A stretch of 51,008 nucleotides of DNA from Acetobacteraceae bacterium (GTDB lineage: Bacteria > Pseudomonadota > Alphaproteobacteria > Acetobacterales > Acetobacteraceae). The notes beneath the pieces are model-generated. The model worked only from the letters and a program-made list of their open reading frames with translations. It had not been told where the DNA came from and did not search any database. Of this stretch, positions 1-9,966 are shown piece by piece (within the stretch, counting starts at the first letter, position 1; every line of letters starts with the position of its first letter). Location of the stretch: assembly GCA_025352995.1 (NCBI GenBank), contig JANXRN010000330.1:1-51008 (forward strand). The letters are read 5' to 3'. The translations under genes were made by a program, and so were the position numbers.

Positions 1-1387
1 CAAGATTGTCGAAACGCGTAATCGTGGCTCCGTTCAGCAAGCTATGGGCCGCGACGAGCACGCCGTCGAGCACCATCATGTGCTCAGGCGACACGAACAG
101 ATCGGCGCTCGGGATATTATCGCCAAGGGCACCAGCATTGATTCGAATCGGCATCAAGGCTGCGCGATGGTGAGCATGCACGAGACGGGCAAGGTACGCG
201 CGCTGCCCGATCCATCGCACCGGCTGCGCACCGAAATCAGCTGTCAGCAGCAGGTCGCCAATCATCAGGTCTTCTACCGCGACCGCGCCAGTCAAGGTCG
301 AAACACGCGTACCGGCAAGATAGCAAGCGGCCGACGCGGTCAGTGTTTGACCGCTGATAATATCGTTATTTGACCCAAGGGTCAAACCGCCGGCGAAGGA
401 CAACACTTGCAGTGTTGCGCCACCGCCGTTCAAGGCGCCGATCGTGCCAGTCGTCGTTCCGCCACCAGTAATTATTTTATATTGTGTAGCTCCATTGACC
501 ACAATCTGGTCGGTACCATGAAACCCGGTAATGCTCCGCCCGGCCAGCGCATTTCCACCTGTGCTATCATCAAACAGCGTTTGTGTTGTTGTCCCGGACG
601 CCGCGAATGCGATTGTCCCAGCCGTAAGTGTCGCACCGATGCGAACAGCGCCACCGGCGATATCTGCCAAAACAATACCGCCGCCACCCGCCGCGCCGCC
701 GGCTGCGACATTCACCGTCCCGCCAGCCGCCAATAACGTTCCCGTCGAAGAAATTGCAACGGCGGTGTCAATCTTCAGCGTGCCAGCGCTGACCTTCACC
801 GTGCCGCTTGATAGGCCGGTCAGACCGCTGGTCAGTTCAAGGCTACCAGAAACCAAATTAAACGTTGCGCCAGCCGCAACGCCGACCACCTTCAAGGAGT
901 TTGTCGCGCTACTGCCCAGCGACCCGACATCCACGTTCAAAACCGACGACGCCCCAGACGCGAGCATGCTACCGGTCGAGGCAATCGATGCGGTATTCAG
1001 CGTCAGCGCGCCCACCGCAATCAGCACGGTGCCGGTGCCGGTAACAGTCCCGCTCACCTTAAGGAAAGACGCATTATTTCCGGTGAATGTCTTCAAGAAT
1101 CCACCGGCGCCGAGGCCGGCAGCCCCATTCGTCAAGGTCAAAGAATTGGTAATCGTGGATGTAGAGTTGACCAGCTGCAAGGTTCCGGCTCGTGGCGTTC
1201 CGCTTGCACTACCAGACACGGTCATCGACGAAACGGTGACATCCGTCGTAAGCGTGATCGTCGATATCGCTGACGCCGTGGCCAGGATGGTAACGTCATC
1301 GACAATGCCAGGAACGCCACCAGTCCATGCCGCTCCATTCGTCCAGGTCAGGGCGATCGAACTGGCAATGGATGTAATGGCCACCAT
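1..1387 (-). CDS. Hint (Hedgehog/intein-like) domain-containing repeat protein; 3' end runs off the window
   Basis: Absent from the ORF track because there is no stop inside the window. Hand translation of the minus strand from ATG 1387 (AGGAG upstream) stays open to position 2. It starts MVAITSIASSIALTWTNGAAW, continues as a long Thr/Gly/Ala/Ser-rich passenger-like region, then reads CYLAGTRVSTLTGAVAVEDLMIGDLLLT..QPVRWIGQR..PIRINAGALGDNIPSADLFVSPEHMMVLDG..AAHSLLNGATI, a typical bacterial Hint_2 signature. Confidence 0.8.
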   Translation of the reverse strand, partial: MVAITSIASSIALTWTNGAAWTGGVPGIVDDVTILATASAISTITLTTDVTVSSMTVSGSASGTPRAGTLQLVNSTSTITNSLTLTNGAAGLGAGGFLKTFTGNNASFLKVSGTVTGTGTVLIAVGALTLNTASIASTGSMLASGASSVLNVDVGSLGSSATNSLKVVGVAAGATFNLVSGSLELTSGLTGLSSGTVKVSAGTLKIDTAVAISSTGTLLAAGGTVNVAAGGAAGGGGIVLADIAGGAVRIGATLTAGTIAFAASGTTTQTLFDDSTGGNALAGRSITGFHGTDQIVVNGATQYKIITGGGTTTGTIGALNGGGATLQVLSFAGGLTLGSNNDIISGQTLTASAACYLAGTRVSTLTGAVAVEDLMIGDLLLTADFGAQPVRWIGQRAYLARLVHAHHRAALMPIRINAGALGDNIPSADLFVSPEHMMVLDGVLVAAHSLLNGATITRFDNL

Positions 1388-1777
1388 GGTGAGGGCACTC
1401 CTAAAAACGACCGCGACGCGTCAAAATAGCGGCCAGGAAAAACAACAGCATATTGATATCAGGCTGAACACATCGCCGTCAACCATGAAATCAGGCATCT
1501 CTGAAAATTTCATCTCATTTTTACGGCGAAGCTTCTTTTTTTCGCTCATCAGCGAAGAGAAGCACCGTGCTTTTGCCGCGTGACGTCACCGAATCGATCG
1601 AAAATGGATACCGAAGCCTGCCGCCGGGCAACCTCGATTTAAATTGTCAGAAAACTTTACAGTCCCCGCTTTGCCTTTTCATCCGGTTATTCTTTTTTCG
1701 AGCATATTCAATATATTAACCAACCGGCACGGAGATTGCATATAAATTTTCACGCTTGTGTGGCACGAAAGCGCCAG

Positions 1778-1813
1778 CTTGGTTGGTGCAGTTGACTTGG
1801 TTGGTACAGTTGA
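1778..1813 (+). repeat. Tandem 18-bp direct repeat (2 copies, 1 mismatch) upstream of the PEP-CTERM gene
   Basis: cttggttggtGcagttga (1778-1795) is followed directly by cttggttggtAcagttga (1796-1813). TTGACT and TTGACA -35-like hexamers overlap or follow the repeat. Confidence 0.7.
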
Positions 1814-1861
1814 ATTGACAGCTTGCAGACTTTTTTGCGGGCGATTGAAGGACCTGAGCAG

Positions 1862-2785
1862 ATGCGACATTTTAAGACTTTAAGTTTCTGGCTCGCGAGC
1901 TCTGCCCTCGCGATGTCGACGATGGTGGGTGTTGCGTCAGCCGATCCGATTATGGGATTGAATGGCACCACCAGCGATTCTACAGCTGCTTACCTCAAGA
2001 CAGCTAACGGAACGCCCGGTGTGAGCTTGGTTACCTATAGCGTCGGCATGCCGGCGTATACTTGCGCAGGAGGCAATGCCGGGTGCATCCTTGATCCAGG
2101 CCCTGGCACCTTTGTTGGAACTGGTTATCATGGATCTATCGACCAGACATGGCTGCAGGCGACCGGGGGGATTATGCAATCCATCACCTGGGGAACCACA
2201 AATGGGAACTTGAACCCCGTCCGGGCAGATACACTTAACAATGGTTTTGACTTATTCCCACTTGATGGGCAGGGCAATCCAGTAGCCCTAACCGGTGGCT
2301 CGCTGCTCAGCTGGGGCAGCTCCTATAGTCTGGGTGACAACGGCACCTGGGACGGCACCACGAGGTTTATCGGCGTCAACTCGGATTCAAACGCCACAAC
2401 TACCCTGCCCGATACCGTATTTTTGTATTTTTCGACGCCGATCGCTGGATTCTCCGCCCTATTCAACTTCAATCCCGATGCATTCACAACAGCGACCGTC
2501 TCTGCCTTTGATGCCACTGGTACGCAGATCCCGCTGAACTCGAATACTATCGTCGGTGCGAATGTCGGCACAAACACCGGCGTTATCCTGGGCTTCCTCG
2601 ACGCAATGCCCGATATTTCCTTTATCGTGCTTACCGACGCCAACGCGGTCATGGCCAATGTATCAATCACTTATGGTGAACCCGCGCCGGAGCCGATCAC
2701 TCTGGCACTGCTTGGCTCTGGCCTAGCTGGCCTTGGCCTCGCCCGACGCTACCGCCGATCCAGGCAAGCAACCTCGAATGACTGA
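1862..2785 (+). CDS. PEP-CTERM sorting domain-containing secreted protein
   Basis: The ATG at 1862 follows GAAGGA and gives a signal peptide MRHFKTLSFWLASSALAMSTMVGVASA. The C-terminus PAPEPITLALLGSGLAGLGLARRYRRSR has the PEP motif, a TM helix and an Arg cluster (exosortase target). Confidence 0.8.
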   Translation: MRHFKTLSFWLASSALAMSTMVGVASADPIMGLNGTTSDSTAAYLKTANGTPGVSLVTYSVGMPAYTCAGGNAGCILDPGPGTFVGTGYHGSIDQTWLQATGGIMQSITWGTTNGNLNPVRADTLNNGFDLFPLDGQGNPVALTGGSLLSWGSSYSLGDNGTWDGTTRFIGVNSDSNATTTLPDTVFLYFSTPIAGFSALFNFNPDAFTTATVSAFDATGTQIPLNSNTIVGANVGTNTGVILGFLDAMPDISFIVLTDANAVMANVSITYGEPAPEPITLALLGSGLAGLGLARRYRRSRQATSND

Positions 2786-2789
2786 ATAT

Positions 2790-2822
2790 GAAAGCGGCAC
2801 GAAAATTGCCGCTTTCTTTCGT
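2790..2822 (+). terminator. Rho-independent terminator after the PEP-CTERM gene
   Basis: GAAAGCGGCA-cgaaaat-TGCCGCTTTC perfect 10-bp stem followed by TTTCGT. Confidence 0.6.
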
Positions 2823-3042
2823 GCCCGCCCCGCACTCATATCGTCGGTGTAAAATTTACTGACTCTTCCCCGCACGCGCGTGGGCGCCAAGCTGTATCGG
2901 AAGTGCTCCCCTTGGGCAGTCGCATCTGGCGCAGCTCGTCGCGCTTCAGTCGCGACGCCTTCCGCGCTTGTCGGTTGGGCCACCGTAAGCTCGGTTATGT
3001 TGCGTTGCATTAATATGGGCGACTTCCTGCGCCACTGTGATT

Positions 3043-3319
3043 TAAGTGCGTCGATACAGCCGCAGTATCCGCATCCAACCCACTATTGGTCGCAAGGTTC
3101 TGGCCTTCGGGTCTCCGCCGACGGACATCACCTTCTAGGGTTTGTTGAAATTTATCGTGAGTTGATCACGGCTCCTCCGAGGATGATGCTGTTGCTGTCA
3201 AACGCCTTGTCGGCGATTAGGGGTGGAACGCCAACCGTATCAAAGCGGTTCCCTGGCAGCAGAATGAAGCGCACTCAAGAGCCGAGCCCATCGGTAAGCG
3301 CCAGGATTTTGGTCGTCAT
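3043..3319 (-). pseudogene. IS5-family DDE transposase remnant (stop-interrupted, truncated)
   Basis: Hand translation of the minus strand gives MTTKILALTDGLGS*VRFILLPGNRFDTVGVPPLIADKAFDSNSIILGG..*. Downstream comes FNKP*..GGDPKARTLRPIVGWMRILRL*. This resembles the (H)ALxDxLGxxxxFxLTxGQxHD...ADKGYDS...RYDK core of IS5/IS427-type transposases, but it is broken by stops and lacks its N-terminus. Confidence 0.55.
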
Positions 3320-3326
3320 ACAGACC

Positions 3327-4787
3327 CTATCCCGGCGCACGCCCAGGCTTGCCAGCCAGCGGCACCGGAACCCAATGCACGCCGTCCTGGGACTGCACCA
3401 ACATCAACGCCGATTTCCGCCCCGCCTTGCGCAGTTTCTCCACCCGGTCCAGCACGTCGGCTGGCGTCGCCACTTCCTCCTGCTGCACCTCAACGATCAC
3501 ATCACCTGGCTTCAGCCCTTTTTCCCCAGCGGGCGATCCTGGCAGGACCTCGGTCACCAGCACGCCCTTCTGGCCATCCTTCAGCGAAAATCGTTTGGCG
3601 GATTCGGGCGTGATGGTCGTGAGCATCAAACCAAGCGTCGAAAGCTCCACCGGCACCACGGGTTTGCTGGCCTGAACGGAGGCCAGCTTCTTGTCATCCG
3701 GCATTTCGCCAATGGCGACGCTGATGGTGACTTCCTTGCCTTCACGCCAGATAACCACTGGGACCTGCTTGCCGATCGTGGTTTCCGCCACCGCGCGCGG
3801 CAAGGCACGATCCTTGATCTCCTGGCCGCCAAATTTCAGGATGACATCGCCGCCGCGCAGTTTGGCTGCATCGGCCGGACCGCCGGTGGTAACGCCGGCC
3901 ACCATCACCCCAGTGGTTTCCTTCAGCCCAAGGCTTTCGGCGATTTCAGGCGTCATTTGCTGGATCATCACGCCGAGCCAACCGCGCCGGGCTCGGCCGA
4001 AATCACGCAATTGTTCTACCACCGTCCGCGCCATGTTCGACGGCACCGAAAACCCAATGCCCACCGAACCACCGCTAGGGGAATAGATGGCAGTGTTGAT
4101 GCCGATCACCTGGCCGTCCATGTTAAACAGCGGGCCGCCCGAATTTCCGTGATTGATCGCTGCATCGGTCTGGATGAAATTGTCGTACGGCCCGCTATCG
4201 ATGTTGCGCCCGCGCGCGGAAACAATCCCCGCCGTGACCGAACCGCCCAACCCGAAAGGATTGCCGATCGCAATCACCCAATCCCCCACCCGCGCCTTGT
4301 CAGAGTCACCAAACACCACTGCCGGCAGGGGTTTTTCGGGCTTGACCCGCAACACCGCGACATCGCTTTTGTCATCACGGCCGATCAACTCGGCTTTAAG
4401 CGTTACGCCCTCGCTGGTGATCACATTAATCTCATCGGCGCCGTCAATCACATGGTTGTTGGTCACCACAATGCCGGACGCATCAATGATGAACCCCGAC
4501 CCCAAACTCTGCATCTTGCGCGGTGCCGGCGCCGGGCGCGCATCCCCGCCCTGCCCTTGGCGCTCCTGGAAACGTCGCATGAACTCATCGAATTCAGGCG
4601 GCATGCCTGGAATTCCAGGCCGGTCGCGGGTTTTGACGGTTTGCGTGGTGGCGATATTCACCACGCCCGGCAGTAATTTTTCCGCCAAATCGGCAAAACT
4701 GTCCGGCGCCCCCCTGCCGATCGCCAGACTCGAGGTCAGACACAACGCCACGGCTGGACCAAGTATAGTTGAGTTAAACAGGCGCAT
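3327..4787 (-). CDS. degP: Do/DegP/HtrA family periplasmic serine endoprotease (trypsin domain plus 2 PDZ)
   Basis: Signal peptide present, motifs VVTNNHV, DVAVL and GNSGGPLF, and a PDZ-like C-terminal half. ATG at 4787 with AAGGA upstream. Sits downstream of hflKC, as is common in alphaproteobacteria. Confidence 0.93.
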   Translation of the reverse strand: MRLFNSTILGPAVALCLTSSLAIGRGAPDSFADLAEKLLPGVVNIATTQTVKTRDRPGIPGMPPEFDEFMRRFQERQGQGGDARPAPAPRKMQSLGSGFIIDASGIVVTNNHVIDGADEINVITSEGVTLKAELIGRDDKSDVAVLRVKPEKPLPAVVFGDSDKARVGDWVIAIGNPFGLGGSVTAGIVSARGRNIDSGPYDNFIQTDAAINHGNSGGPLFNMDGQVIGINTAIYSPSGGSVGIGFSVPSNMARTVVEQLRDFGRARRGWLGVMIQQMTPEIAESLGLKETTGVMVAGVTTGGPADAAKLRGGDVILKFGGQEIKDRALPRAVAETTIGKQVPVVIWREGKEVTISVAIGEMPDDKKLASVQASKPVVPVELSTLGLMLTTITPESAKRFSLKDGQKGVLVTEVLPGSPAGEKGLKPGDVIVEVQQEEVATPADVLDRVEKLRKAGRKSALMLVQSQDGVHWVPVPLAGKPGRAPG

Positions 4788-4865
4788 CGGGGGCAATCCT
4801 TGAACGGGACGGAGTTGGGAGCCAATCCAGAAGATACGGTGCGCGCCCGGATCTGGTGTCCGCGC

Positions 4866-5750
4866 TTACTTTAGATCAGGGCCCGGTTGGGGCTGATGCC
4901 GCAGCAAATCCAGGAACCCTTCACCCGGCACCATCACCAGCCGCGACGTTCCCGCAGCGAAGGCATCGCGATAGGCTTGCAGGGTCCGCCAAACCTTAAA
5001 GAAATGCGGGTCCTGGTTGAATGCGGTCGCATAGATCGCGATCGCCTCGGCCTCACCACGGCCACGCAACTGGTCGGCCTCGGCCGCGGCCTTTGCCAAC
5101 ACAATGGTACGCTCGCGGTCAGCATCGGCGCGAATGCGGGCAGAGGCTTCGGCACCTTCCGCCCTGGTTTGGGCCGCAAGCCGTTGGCGTTCGGACTGCA
5201 TGCGCGCCAGCACCGCCTGGGTGTTACCTTCCGGCAGGTCCGCGCGGCGGATGCGAACGTCTTCGACGACAACGCCGAAGCCCTTCATTTCGGTGTTCGC
5301 CTGATTTCGGATCAGCCCCATGATGTGGCCACGGTTCGACGATAGCACGTTGAGCAGTTGTTCGGTGCCGAGCACCCGGCGCAAAGCCGAGGAAACCACC
5401 GAATTCAACCGTGCTTGGATCCCCGTCTCAGCCGAGCCCACCGCCTGATAGTACCGCAACGGGTCGACGATCCGGAACCGGGTGAAGCTGTCGACAATAA
5501 CCCGACGCTGGTCGCCCAGAATGACTTCCTCGGCAAGAATTTCATAATCCAGCAAGCGGCGATCGAAGCTGATAATCGTCTGGATCATCGGAATTTTGAA
5601 ATGCAATCCAGGCTCAGTAATCAGCCGTTTGGGCTCGCCAAACTGGGTGATCAGCACCTGCTCGGTTTGCTGAACAGTGAACATTGCCGACCCGGCGGTG
5701 ATCGCTGCCACCACTACGAGTGCGAGTATGCCAAGTGAAAAATTCCTCAT
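4866..5750 (-). CDS. hflC: Protease modulator HflC (SPFH/band-7)
   Basis: N-terminal TM helix followed by an SPFH domain. Its start overlaps the hflK stop as ATGA. Confidence 0.9.
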   Translation of the reverse strand: MRNFSLGILALVVVAAITAGSAMFTVQQTEQVLITQFGEPKRLITEPGLHFKIPMIQTIISFDRRLLDYEILAEEVILGDQRRVIVDSFTRFRIVDPLRYYQAVGSAETGIQARLNSVVSSALRRVLGTEQLLNVLSSNRGHIMGLIRNQANTEMKGFGVVVEDVRIRRADLPEGNTQAVLARMQSERQRLAAQTRAEGAEASARIRADADRERTIVLAKAAAEADQLRGRGEAEAIAIYATAFNQDPHFFKVWRTLQAYRDAFAAGTSRLVMVPGEGFLDLLRHQPQPGPDLK

Positions 5751-7039
5751 TTGCTGGCTCCCGGCTTGATCCCAGGCCCAATCGGCGGCGGCGTTCGATC
5801 GGAGCCACCGAGCGATAGGAACGGCACCACACCTTGTAGCCGGTCATCGACGATGGTGGCCGGGGTATGTGTCAGAATATTCTGCATCGTCTCGATATAC
5901 AGACGCTGCATGGTAACATCCTTGGCTGCCTGATAGGCCTTAAGCACCGACAGGAAGCGCTGCGCCTGACCTGTGGATTCCGTGGTCGACACTTGGCGGG
6001 CTGCGTCCGCCTCGGCGACCAATCGGGCCGCGTCGCCGCGAGCACGGGGCACGATATCATTGTGATAGGCCTGGGCCTCGTTCCGCATACGGTCGGCATC
6101 AGTACTGGCGCGCTGCAAGTCGCGGAAACTGTCGATCACTGCTGCGGGTGGATCGACCTTTTGCATCTGCACTTGGGTAATTGCCACACCCGATTTGTAG
6201 TCGTCGAGGATCGCTTGAACCCCTTTCAGCACCGCAGCTTCAATTTCCCCGCGCGCCCCGGTCAGTGCGGGTTGAATGGGTGTGCGCCCGATCACTTCAC
6301 GCATCACCGACTCGGCCGCAGATTTCACAGTGCTTTCGGGGTGCCTTGTATTGAAGAGAAAGGCACCGGCATCGCTGACCCGCCAAAAAACCGCAAAATC
6401 GATGTCGATGATGTTTTCATCACCAGTCAACATTAGACTTTCTTCCGGAACATCGCGAAGCGTGGCGTCGCGGCCACGCACGACGCGCGCGCTGGGTTCG
6501 GCCATGGTCCGATATCCAACCTCCACCCGCTCAATGCGGGTGACCGCAGGGCGAAGCACGGATTCAACCGGCCACGGCAGGTGGTAATTCAAACCCGGGA
6601 ACGTTGTCGCGCGATAGGCTCCGAAACGCAGCACCACGCCTTGTTCATCGGGTTGCACCCGGTAGAAGCCGCTCGCAAGCCATCCACCAACGACGAGTAC
6701 CATCAGAAGCAGAAGACTTCCGGCACCAATGGCGGGACTGAACCCGCCCCCCCCGCGTCCCCCGCCACTGCCAGCTCCGCCGCCCAAGCCGGGCGGCAGC
6801 ATCCCACGCAAAGCAGCCTGAAGGCGCGCGATTAATGCGTCGAGATCGGGCGGCCCCCCATCATTTGGGCGTCGACCGCTTCCCTCACCCCAAGGCCCGT
6901 TGGGGCCGCGATCCCGCGGCGGTTCGCCCCCGCGTTCATCCTTTGGTGGCGGGACACCCCAGGGTCCTGGCTTTGGACCACCCGCATTTCCGCCACTGCC
7001 GGAGGGAGGAGTCTCGGGGCCGCCTGGGTTCCAAGGCAT
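5747..7039 (-). CDS. hflK: FtsH protease modulator HflK (SPFH/band-7)
   Basis: Characteristic MPWNPGGP.. Gly/Pro-rich N-terminus, TM helix and SPFH domain. The ATG at 7039 has AGGAG upstream; the longer ORF-track start is unlikely. Confidence 0.9.
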   Translation of the reverse strand: MPWNPGGPETPPSGSGGNAGGPKPGPWGVPPPKDERGGEPPRDRGPNGPWGEGSGRRPNDGGPPDLDALIARLQAALRGMLPPGLGGGAGSGGGRGGGGFSPAIGAGSLLLLMVLVVGGWLASGFYRVQPDEQGVVLRFGAYRATTFPGLNYHLPWPVESVLRPAVTRIERVEVGYRTMAEPSARVVRGRDATLRDVPEESLMLTGDENIIDIDFAVFWRVSDAGAFLFNTRHPESTVKSAAESVMREVIGRTPIQPALTGARGEIEAAVLKGVQAILDDYKSGVAITQVQMQKVDPPAAVIDSFRDLQRASTDADRMRNEAQAYHNDIVPRARGDAARLVAEADAARQVSTTESTGQAQRFLSVLKAYQAAKDVTMQRLYIETMQNILTHTPATIVDDRLQGVVPFLSLGGSDRTPPPIGPGIKPGASK

Positions 7040-7184
7040 ATGGGATAGACGCTCCTGTGACGCTGCGAGGTATGAGAACGTTGACGTGGGCCGCGCGCCA
7101 GATTTGGCAATCCGCGCGCAGCACGCCATATGCGCTATTATGGACTATTTGCATATTGATTGGCTAAGAAAGGTTTTCACGCGC

Positions 7185-8267
7185 ATGACCGGACCGACTG
7201 TGGATGGATTGCGGCAGGCTCTGACGGCGATCAAGGACCCTGCCAGCGAGCGCAACATCGTCGAAGCCGGGCTGGTCGAGGCGGTGCAAGTCAAAAACGG
7301 CCTCGTTCAGGTTAGTCTGCTAACCGATCGGGCCTCGGCACCGGCAATGGAAGCTGTACGCCGCGAAGCAGAAGAACTACTGACGCGTCAGCCCGGGGTC
7401 ACGAATGCGACGGTCGTACTGACCGCCCACAAGCCCCCGCCGCCTGCGCCCACTCCTGAAGGCAAGCCGAAACTTTTGGCGGAGGTTGGGGCGATTGTTG
7501 CGGTTGCCTCGGGCAAAGGTGGCGTCGGGAAGTCCACAGTTGCGGTCAATCTTGCCGTTGCACTGGCGCGACAAGGCTTGGCTGTGGGATTGCTGGACGC
7601 CGATATTTACGGCCCGAGCCTGCCACGCATGCTCGGCCTGGCACGCAAACCCGACGTTAAGGGGGACAAAATGATCCCGCTTGAAGCCTGGGGCCTGAAG
7701 GCGATGTCCCTTGGTTTTCTGGTCGATGAAGACACACCCATGATCTGGCGTGGCCCTATGGTGATGGGCGCACTGGAACAGATGATGGGGCAGGTCACTT
7801 GGGGCAAGCTCGATATCATGATCGTCGATATGCCGCCGGGAACCGGGGATGCGCAGTTGACGATGGCACAAAGGGTCGCCTTGGCCGGCGCAGTGATCGT
7901 CTCGACACCGCAGGACATCGCATTGCTGGATGCCCGTCGAGGGGTCCGCATGTTTGAGCGCACAAAGGTTCCGGTGCTCGGTCTGGTAGAAAATATGAGT
8001 TTTTTCTGCTGCCCGAACTGCAATCACAGATCGGAAATTTTCGGCCATGGCGGCGCGCGACGGGAAGCGGAGGCATTGGGAACCGAATTTCTGGGCGAAA
8101 TACCGTTGGTATTGGATGTTCGGATCGCCGGTGATGAAGGAACCCCGATTGTTGCGTCCGCCCCAGACAGCCCTGCCGCCCAGGCGTTTGCAGCCGTCGC
8201 CGCGCGCCTTTGGCAGAAGGTTGGCGGAAAGCAGTCAAAGGCCGGCCCGAGGATTGTGGTGAGTTAA
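7185..8267 (+). CDS. apbC: Mrp/ApbC-type iron-sulfur cluster carrier ATPase
   Basis: N-terminal DUF59-like segment, deviant Walker [13 protein letters not shown], and CPNCNH. The start is placed at ATG 7185; the track ORF start at 6900 overlaps hflK antisense. Confidence 0.88.
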   Translation: MTGPTVDGLRQALTAIKDPASERNIVEAGLVEAVQVKNGLVQVSLLTDRASAPAMEAVRREAEELLTRQPGVTNATVVLTAHKPPPPAPTPEGKPKLLAEVGAIVAVASGKGGVGKSTVAVNLAVALARQGLAVGLLDADIYGPSLPRMLGLARKPDVKGDKMIPLEAWGLKAMSLGFLVDEDTPMIWRGPMVMGALEQMMGQVTWGKLDIMIVDMPPGTGDAQLTMAQRVALAGAVIVSTPQDIALLDARRGVRMFERTKVPVLGLVENMSFFCCPNCNHRSEIFGHGGARREAEALGTEFLGEIPLVLDVRIAGDEGTPIVASAPDSPAAQAFAAVAARLWQKVGGKQSKAGPRIVVS

Positions 8268-9139
8268 GGCCAGCGCACCTCCGGCGGCAAACTCATCAAG
8301 ATTGCCTCGATATTGCCGCCGGTTTTCAGTCCAAACAGAGTTCCCGCATCATGGATAAGATTGAATTCGACATAGCGGCCGCGACGCACCAACTGGTGCT
8401 CGCGCTCGGCCGGTGTCCAAGGGTCGCCCATGCGGCGCCGAACAATCCGTGGGAACATGTCGAGAAACGCGAGGCCCGTATCGCGGACGAACGCAAAATC
8501 CGCAGCAAGGTCGCCGCTGTCCAAGTGGTCGAAGAAGATGCCGCCTGCGCCCCTTGGCTCATTGCGATGCGGCAGGAAGAAGTAGCGGTCACACCATTCT
8601 TTGTATTTTTGGAAGTACGCCGGATCGTGCCGATCACAAGCCGCACGGAAGCTGGCATGGAAATCGGCGGCATCCGCAAGGGCTTCATGGGTGTCGAGCC
8701 GCATCGGCGTGAGGTCTCCTCCACCGCCGAACCATCCCCGCGCCGTCACCAGCATACGGGTGTTGAAATGTGCGGCTGGCACAAGCGGGCTGCACATATG
8801 CGCCACCAACGACACCCCACTTGCCCAGAACCTTGGGTCAGCGTCAGCACCCGGGATGCGTGCGCGCATTTCCGGTGAAAATTCACCGGTGACGGTCGAT
8901 ACATTGACCCCGACCTTTTCAAATACCTTCCCCCGCATCACGCTCATGACGCCCCCCCCCCCTGGAGTGCCATCCTGCGTGGGCCTGTTCCATGGCGTTC
9001 GGACAAAGCGGCCAGCCTCCGCCCCCGCCTGACTATCCTCGATTGCCTCGAACTCCGCACAGAGACGATCGCGGAGCGACTCAAACCAAATGCGAGCCTG
9101 ATTTTGCAGGAAAACATGGGCGGGAGGTGTGGTGGACAT
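8264..9139 (-). CDS. hemF: Oxygen-dependent coproporphyrinogen III oxidase
   Basis: [39 protein letters not shown] and YVEFNL motifs. ATG at 9139. Confidence 0.9.
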   Translation of the reverse strand: MSTTPPAHVFLQNQARIWFESLRDRLCAEFEAIEDSQAGAEAGRFVRTPWNRPTQDGTPGGGGVMSVMRGKVFEKVGVNVSTVTGEFSPEMRARIPGADADPRFWASGVSLVAHMCSPLVPAAHFNTRMLVTARGWFGGGGDLTPMRLDTHEALADAADFHASFRAACDRHDPAYFQKYKEWCDRYFFLPHRNEPRGAGGIFFDHLDSGDLAADFAFVRDTGLAFLDMFPRIVRRRMGDPWTPAEREHQLVRRGRYVEFNLIHDAGTLFGLKTGGNIEAILMSLPPEVRWP

Positions 9140-9355
9140 GGCGGACCAGCGTTCATTGTTGTTCGAGGTGCACTTTCTAGTGCGTCGCCCGGTTGCAGTC
9201 GATTCTGCCGCCCCGTAGGATGGCCCCGGCCGCGATCGTCTAGTCAAACGACATCCGGTCCGCTATGTGCCGCCTGCCGCACTTCGTTGTGCTGGTTGCG
9301 GCTATTGGGTGAATTTGCAACGTCCCGTCCCGGGTGGGACGGATTGAGGGAATAG

Positions 9356-9919
9356 ATGGCCAATTCGATGCCCGCCTCTGCCGATGGACACCATGGCAGC
9401 GATGTCACCAAAAGGGATTTCCTCAAGCTGGTCACTGCTGCGGGCGCCGCAGTGGGTGCGGGCGCCATGGCGTGGCCGCTTGTCGACAGCATGAACCCGT
9501 CCGCCGACGTTCTCGCGTTGTCCTCGACGACGGTCGACCTCGCCCCCATCCAACTTGGACAGGCGATTACGATCGTTTGGCGTGGCAAGCCCGTGTTTGT
9601 CCGCCATCGGACGCCCGACGAAATCAAGGCCGCCCAGGCAGTTGTTCCGAAAGGACTTGCTGATCCGGCGCTGGACTCGGCGCGCGTGAAAAAGGGCGCG
9701 GAGCAATGGCTGGTGGTCGTTGGCATTTGCACCCATTTGGGATGCGTCCCGATCGGCAATAAAACCACTGAGGCCCGCGGTGATTTCGGCGGCTGGTTCT
9801 GCCCCTGCCATGGCAGCCAGTACGACACATCCGGGCGCGTTCGCCATGGGCCTGCACCTACGAATTTGGCGGTGCCGCCTTACGCTTTCGAGGGCGATAC
9901 CAAGATCAAGATCGGCTAA
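9356..9919 (+). CDS. petA: Ubiquinol-cytochrome c reductase Rieske iron-sulfur subunit
   Basis: CTHLGC and CPCHGS Rieske boxes; first gene of petABC. Confidence 0.95.
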   Translation: MANSMPASADGHHGSDVTKRDFLKLVTAAGAAVGAGAMAWPLVDSMNPSADVLALSSTTVDLAPIQLGQAITIVWRGKPVFVRHRTPDEIKAAQAVVPKGLADPALDSARVKKGAEQWLVVVGICTHLGCVPIGNKTTEARGDFGGWFCPCHGSQYDTSGRVRHGPAPTNLAVPPYAFEGDTKIKIG

Positions 9920-9966
9920 GCAGTCTCGCTTAAGCCCTATTCACCGTCCCAATCGGGAGCATATCG

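Noticed and set aside
531-1583. 350-aa plus-strand ORF, the largest listed at the left edge
   Set aside because: Its Pro/Ala/Val-rich low-complexity product is the antisense shadow of the minus-strand Hint-domain gene. That gene has a proper RBS and start at 1387 and recognisable domain motifs.
2880-4676. 598-aa plus-strand ORF
   Set aside because: It is an Arg/His-rich antisense shadow of degP (3327-4787). The 5' part covers the IS5 remnant region, and no motifs were recognised.
6900-7184. N-terminal 95-aa extension of the Mrp/ApbC ORF
   Set aside because: It overlaps the hflK 5' region in antisense and is Gly/Pro-rich shadow sequence. The conserved protein starts near ATG 7185.
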